Of a stretch of 64,000 nt of DNA, positions 58,201 to 64,000 are shown piece by piece. This stretch comes from Blastocladiella emersonii ATCC 22665 (Eukaryota > Fungi > Blastocladiomycota): assembly GCA_025594325.1 (NCBI GenBank), contig JANHCV010000003.1, positions 682,001-746,000 of the forward strand, written 5' to 3'. The position numbers and the translations under genes were made by a program. The notes under the pieces are model-generated. The model saw only the letters and a program-made list of their open reading frames with translations, ran no database searches and was not told the DNA's origin. How positions within the stretch are numbered: the first letter of the stretch is position 1; the number at the start of each line of letters is the position of its first letter.

Positions 58201-60436
58201 CGGCCTGTCGCGCGGCACCGTCGCCGCGCGCATCCGCCAGCTCCAGCTCGCCCGCAACGAGCTGTCGGGCGTCCAGCAGGCCATCCAGCAGGTGACGCGC
58301 GCGCTCGACCTCGACGAGTACGTGACCCCGTTCCTCGCCGACGAGGTCATGGTCCGCATCGACCTCTTCGACAAGCCCGTCGGGTTCGTCCTCGAGGTCC
58401 GCTCCGACGGCGAGCTGCTCGTCGACTCGGCCGCCAACGCGACGCGGGAGACTATCTCGCTCCCGATCCTCGGCGAGCGCACGCTCGAGCTCACGATGCG
58501 CGCCGAGGACGAAGACGTCGCCACCGCGCTCGGGATCGAGGACCCCGCGGCCGCCATGGCGTCGACGGTCGTCATCGGCCTCTACCACGCCGACGAGGGC
58601 GAGCACGTGGCCGCGTTCGACGACACGCCCGTCCCCGTCGTCCTCACGGCCACGCGCGCCGAGGACGCGTACGCGGCGGTGTACTTCCAGGGGTGCTGGG
58701 ACCGGATCACCGAGACCATGGACTCGCTGATTGTCGTGTTCGCCGACAAGGTACGTTCTCTGATGAGTCCGCTGTTGGAAGCACGGTGACTGACACGCGT
58801 CAATTCATAGGTCGCACAACAGATCCTGGCGATCGCCAAGGACTACAAAAAGTTCCTCAAGACGCAGAACCGCGGCGGGTTCCTGCACCAGCTGCAGCAG
58901 CAGGCGGCCAGCGTCGCGCCCGCCAACTACGAGGCGTCCATCTCGTCCATCTTCGACAGCGTCAAGATGACGCTCAAGCGCAGCAACACGCTGACGGCGG
59001 CCGCCGCGTCCAAGCTCGCCGCCGCCTCGGGCGCCTCTCCCTCGACCCCCGCCACCCCCGCCGTCTCGGCGGCCTCGGCCGCAGCGCTCCGCCAGGACGA
59101 GGCGGCGCAGGCGCGGTACCGACTCGGCAAGGCCGACGAGCTGCAGCTGTACCTGAGCGCGGTGGCCAAGGCGCTGCGCGACCTCGAGGGCCCCGACCGG
59201 TCGGGCGCCGCGCTCGCCGACCAGCTGCGCGACGGGATCTGGCAGACCCTGTCGGCGCGCATGGCGCAACACGTGCTGCGCAACAAGGCGGGCACCGCGC
59301 TCAAGGAGCGGCCGCTCGCGTACATCGAGTGGCTCAACACGGTCCTGGTGCGGTGCCGCGACGCGCTGTTCCCCGTCGACGAGTCGGCGCCACTCGACGC
59401 GGCCGGCGCGCGCGTCCAGGCACCGCAGTCGTACCTCCTCGTCCTCCTGTCGCGGTACTCGATGGACACGGACGCGCTCCAGCAGGAGTACCTGTCCAAC
59501 ATCATGAGCTACCTCGACTTCAAGTCCCAGCGCGCCGCGCGCGAGCGCCAGGAGGCCCTCGCCCGTGCCGCCGAGGGACACCCGCCCGTCCCCGCCGACA
59601 GCGCGATCGCGTCCCTCGCGGCGTCGTCGTCGACGCTCAGCGACCCAGCAGCGGAGTCCGACTCGGCCCCGCGCACGCCCGGCCCCGGCCCCGCCACGCT
59701 CCTTCGCCGCCAGCCCACCAAGGCCGACCCGCTCCTCGCCCGCATCACGTCCAACCGCCAGTCCGTGTTCTTCGACTCGAACCTGTTTAAGGAGACCCCC
59801 GGCACGCTGCAGCGGCGCCCGCCCAAGACCCCCACCGGCGCGCCCGCATCGCGGTCCGGCCTGCGCCGCGAGGTCGGCGGCTCCCGCATGTCGTCAACGC
59901 TCGCCACGTCCGAGGGCACCGCGACGCGCCGCCCGCCCCGCGGCGGCCGCGGTGGGCCGGAAACGCGCCCGCTGTCCGTGTTCGCGCCGATGCGCGAGCG
60001 GCCCATGACGATGCTATCGACGCGCGGCGGCAGCGGGCCCTCGGCGTCCGCGACGACGCGGCGCACCACGACGACCATGGCGCCGGCGTCAGTCACGTCG
60101 CGGTCCGACTCGCTCGCGCCGAGCGACCCGCTCCACTACCCGCTGTTCGCGGTGCTGGCGATCCTGCGGGTGCGCGCCGAGACGGACCCGGAGATCCGGA
60201 CGTGGCTCGACGAGCAGAAGGCCGTCGAGCAGACTATCATGCAGTCGATGCAGCTCGAGGAGGAGGCCGCGTCGGCAGGCGCCGCGGCGGTCGTGCCAGA
60301 GGAGCGGAGGCGCAAGGAGGACGGCGGCAGTAGTGACGAGCGCGACCTCGTGATCGGTAGCGGCAGCGAGACGATCCGCGTCGAGAAGGTGGCGCGGCCG
60401 CGGCGGCCACGGACGCTCATGGCGGCCGACGAGTAG
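55260..60436 (+). CDS. Large helical protein, probably Munc13/MUN-domain family (YOR296W/Git1-like), ~1680 aa
   Basis: Exons 55260-56420, 56495-58750 and 58811-60436 splice in frame with strong coding bias. SKALIDRVCQFWRI and the C-terminal helical block (LQLYLSAVAKAL...IWQTL...YSMDTDALQQEY) resemble fungal MUN proteins from memory. Confidence 0.5.
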
Positions 60437-60572
60437 GAGGAGCGCGCGAGCTAGAACGGGAGAGTCCCCACTTTTTTTGGATTGGTTTTGGTTGACGATT
60501 AATTGATTCTGTACTGTAGTCGCTGCTTCGATGAGATGGACAAAACTAAACTAATAAATACTAGTACAGCAG

Positions 60573-61385
60573 CTACTCTGCGTTCCGCCACCACGTCAGT
60601 GGTCCGAGTCCTGGCGCGGACATGTCACCGATGACGGTGAAGGGCGACGGGACGTGGTCCGTGGCCGAGACCATGACGGAGCCGTCGGCGGCGCGCTTGG
60701 CGGCGCCCGGGCGCACCTCGACAAAGTCGACGCTCTGGACCTGCACGCGCACGGGCTCGTCCACGTCCAGGTACAGCTGGGCGCCCTCCCACTCCCAGTA
60801 CCACACTTTGTCGTTTTCGTCGCTAGACGGGGCGGGGACGGGTCGGGGTGGTTAGGGTGGGGTTCGGTCGGAGGCGGATGAGGCGGGCGGCGTACAAGTG
60901 CTTGGGCGTTGGCAGCAGCGATGGCGGGATGAGGATGTCGTCGAAGAAGGAGGTCGAGACTAGACACGAGGACGCAAGGGTGAGCGGGGACAGGACTGCG
61001 GGCGGGCGAGGTGCGAGCGTACCGCGGATGCCGTCGCGCGAGCTCGAGAGGATCTTGCCGACAATCACCTCGCCGGGGAACGGGCGGAAGACGACCATGG
61101 AGAAACGGACTACGCGGGTAGTGAGCGCGCGGTTAGCCGGCACACTCTCCCATCTCACCGCAGTTCAGCGGACCGACCCTTGTAGTAGACGGAGCCCTCG
61201 GTGTGCTGCACGATGCCGTCGGCCATGTCGAGGACCTCGTGCACGCAGATGCACAGGCCGACCTTGTGGAAGACGCGGTTCGAGTACTTAACGTTGATCT
61301 CGTCCTCGACGGCCTGCTCCTTGGGCTTGCTCAGGTCCTGCGGGAGCACGCGGATCGTGTCCTTGAACTCGGCCACGACAAACAT
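60573..61385 (-). CDS. RPC25: RNA polymerase III subunit Rpc25 (RPC8), at least three introns
   Basis: [13 protein letters not shown]...[45 protein letters not shown]. Confidence 0.92.
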
Positions 61386-61743
61386 GATGGTGGAGCAAGA
61401 GAGTGGTGGGGCGACGCTAGCGCCGGGCAAGTTGCATGCAGTTACGTTGGTGCGGCGGACGGATCCACTCGCGGGGAAGGGGGGTCGAGGTCGAGAGAGA
61501 GGAGGGAGGGAGGGGAACGGCGGCAGCGACGAACGAGGGCCGAGCGTCACCCGCGCGCCACGTGCAGCGCTTCCCTCCCTCCGCCGCGACGTCGAGCCGC
61601 TCGTTCGGTCGCGCCGCGAATCCCGCTCCTCCCTCCACGCAACGCGGCTCGCCCTGCACGCAACGTATCAACGACCCACTTGGCGCAACCGCCGCTGCGA
61701 CCCAACCCACGCATCAACCCCACTCCCGCGAAACCTGCCCGCC

Positions 61744-62176
61744 ATGTCGATCGGCGTCCCCGTCAAGCTGCTGCACGAGGCCATTGGCCACATCATCACG
61801 GTCGAGCTCAAGACGGGCGAGTACTACCGCGGCGTGCTCGCCGAGGCCGAGGACAACATGAACATCCAGCTGCGCAACGTCACGGTGACGCGCCGCGACG
61901 GCCGCGTGCAGGAGCTCGAGCACATGTTCGTCCGCGGCTCGCACTGCCGCTGGTTCGTCGTCCCCGACATGCTCAAGAACGCGCCCATGTTCAAGAAGAT
62001 TGGCCAGCGCGGCGCCGGCGTCGGCCTCACGCGCGGCAAGGCCACCGTCGCGCGCGCCCAGGGTACCTACCCCTTTGACTCGGCTCGCGCTCGCGGTTGA
62101 GGTCATGGACGTGCTAACTAACCGTGTGCGCGCCCGTGTAGCCCGCGGCCGCGGCATGTCGATGCGGAGGCACTAG
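61744..62176 (+). CDS. SMD3: snRNP core protein Sm D3
   Basis: [33 protein letters not shown]...RGS...[10 protein letters not shown]. Intron at 62063-62141. Confidence 0.97.
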
Positions 62177-62662
62177 GCCGTGGTGACGCGACTCGCACTC
62201 GTCGCTGCACCGCATCCTGCTGTCTCGGGCGTCCTCGCCGCCACCATTGTATTTAACACGCTGTTTTGAATGATCCTCTCGCTGCTCGCTCGACTTGGTC
62301 TCTTGCCCGATTCTGCCGATGCAGCCGACGGCTCTCGTACGCGACGATCGCGGCCTCGTTTGGGATTCTGCCGCTGCTCGACCATGATCTTTGACCGTGA
62401 ATAGCGCGCTCGCTGCCGCGGGCCCGACGCTGCCGGCGACTGAGCAACCGTGGACCTTGCACCGAGCCTTGCCGCCGCGGCCACCACCTCGTCGATTCTT
62501 CGCATCCCCGTCGACCAGTCTCACTCCCACGCAACGGTAGATTGTTCCGGCATGTACGGAAGCCCATGGTGACTGTTCGAACCGCTTCGCGTTGTGTGTC
62601 CAACGTGTTCTCAGTGACGGCCCGTTCCGCGAGATGCCGCGCCGGCTCACGACGCAGAGCTC

Positions 62663-62894
62663 GGTCCCGTGTGACATCCTAATCGTGCGCGACTACACCG
62701 AGTCCCTGTACATCAAGCAGGAGCGCCTCGAGACGGATCCCGAGATGGGCCTGTTCGTGGCGTACGCGACGCGCCGCATCTCGGAGCGCACGACCCAGCG
62801 CGTCGCCCGCGTCGCCTTCATCATGGCCCGCGCCCGCGCCGCCGCCCGGCCCGAAGGGCGCTCGTGGTCCCCGCGTCCGCCCACATCCACGGTG
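62663..62894 (+). pseudogene. Duplicated internal fragment of the LYS12 gene (inverted relative to the source at ~41010-41233)
   Basis: [26 protein letters not shown]...[32 protein letters not shown] is nearly collinear with the LYS12 segment. No start, no flanking LYS12 homology. Confidence 0.9.
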
Positions 62895-62942
62895 TGGATT
62901 ACGAACAAGTTTACTCATAATCTGCATCGCCGGACAGCACAG

Positions 62943-63932
62943 TTACTCCTGGGCAGCTTGGTCTTGCAGGTACGTGTCGATGATGGCCGCGACGTCGCCG
63001 AACGCGGTTGAAGCGGCGTTCGAAATATCAGCCGCGGCCTTCTTGACCTCGAGGAGCGCCTGCTCGGCGACCATGCACTTCTCCTCGAAGTCGGACTCGA
63101 GGGCCTTGAACTGCTCGGAGCGGTTCGACGCCTCCGACTTTGCCCGCACGAGCTTGGTCATGGCGTCCACGGCTTTGTGCTGCTCAGTCAAGAGCTCGTC
63201 CTTGTGCTGCGCCACGATCGCCTTGCGCTCGGCGGCGCTCTGCGCCACGAGCTCGGCGCGCTCGGCGGCATGCTGGGCCACGATCGCGTTGCGCTCGGCG
63301 GCGTTCTGCGCTACGAGCTCGTCGCGCTCCGCTTCGACCGCCGCGACGCGGTTGATGAGTTGCACGATGACGTTCTCGGCGGTCGACGCAAAGTGTAACA
63401 CCGAATATCTCGCTTCGCGGCCGAGCTTCTGTAGCGTGACGTCGATTTCGCTGCCGCCACCTCCGTAGACCAGTTGCTGCGCCGTGTTAAAGAGCTGCGA
63501 GCCCATCCCCTGGAGTTGCTGGATTGATGCGCGAGCAGGTGCATGAGCCACAGCGGCACGGTCCACGATGGCCACGAGTGCGTCGAGGACGTCGCGCGGT
63601 AACTGAATGAGCACGGGCGCCGAGACGCTTGAATCCATGGCGGGGAGCGCGGCCTCGGTGGTGACGGTCGGCGGCGCAGCTGCACCGCCCGCCGACGTGT
63701 TGGCGCTCGTCGCGGACCCCGCGGCCACGTCGATCAGACCCGCCGAGGCGGGCACAGGCGGAACGGCCGAAACCCCACCGGGAGTCGCGGGCTCGGTATC
63801 GGCAGCGGCGGACGGCGTAGCCGCAGCACTCGTAGGTGCGCCAGCGGGCGGCATGGCCGTGGCGCTCGACGCGCTCGGCGGGCCGGGCGAGACGGGTTCC
63901 GATGGCGTCGGCGTGATCAGAGTAGATTCCAT
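62943..63932 (-). CDS. Hypothetical protein (329 aa): Ala/Pro/Ser-rich N-terminus, coiled coil with 11-aa repeats
   Basis: ATG-started ORF with good GC3 bias; repeats AERDELVAQNA / AERNAIVAQHA / AERAELVAQSA / AERKAIVAQH. Confidence 0.55.
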   Translation of the reverse strand: MESTLITPTPSEPVSPGPPSASSATAMPPAGAPTSAAATPSAAADTEPATPGGVSAVPPVPASAGLIDVAAGSATSANTSAGGAAAPPTVTTEAALPAMDSSVSAPVLIQLPRDVLDALVAIVDRAAVAHAPARASIQQLQGMGSQLFNTAQQLVYGGGGSEIDVTLQKLGREARYSVLHFASTAENVIVQLINRVAAVEAERDELVAQNAAERNAIVAQHAAERAELVAQSAAERKAIVAQHKDELLTEQHKAVDAMTKLVRAKSEASNRSEQFKALESDFEEKCMVAEQALLEVKKAAADISNAASTAFGDVAAIIDTYLQDQAAQE

Positions 63933-63933
63933 A

Positions 63934-63964
63934 GTGTGTGTGTGTGTGCGTGTGTATGTGTGCG
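63934..63964. repeat. Imperfect (GT)n microsatellite directly upstream of the 63932 ATG
   Basis: GTGTGTGTGTGTGTGCGTGTGTATGTGTGCG. Confidence 0.85.
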
Positions 63965-64000
63965 TATTCGAGACGCCGAGGTGATCAGAGAGCCGCGCCA

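Overview
GC-rich, intron-containing eukaryotic DNA with short GT-AG introns (mostly 55-80 nt). The gene content suggests an early-diverging zoosporic fungus, probably Blastocladiomycota; this is an inference. The window has two parts. (1) ~0.6-23.3 kb is an accessory block: a same-strand tandem array of eight paralogues of one unusual gene, encoding two Mei2-like RRMs, an Arg/Ser-rich domain and a Pro-rich tail. Wherever exons survive, the three introns sit at identical positions and phases (0, 2, 2). Five copies splice to intact ORFs, one has lost exons 2-3 but keeps a frame, one is a truncated pseudogene, and one is split by a full-length PIF/Harbinger transposon (15-bp TIRs, TTA target duplication, transposase plus Myb/SANT gene). 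Downstream of the Harbinger, a Ty1/copia gag-protease remnant is fused in frame to an RS tail that appears to come from the split copy. (2) ~23.8-64 kb is mostly conserved housekeeping genes: HSP10, a TMC-like channel, an Sfp1-like factor, RAD2/XPG, MCM7, NOG2, LYS12, a peroxisomal ABCD transporter, MAT2B-like, a Nudix hydrolase, PAM18, a Munc13-like protein, RPC25 and SmD3. A degenerate island at ~42-48 kb holds a LINE remnant, a frameshifted LRR gene and orphan ORFs, and a duplicated LYS12 fragment lies near the right end. All assignments come from reading the sequence and recalled family motifs; no database searches were run.
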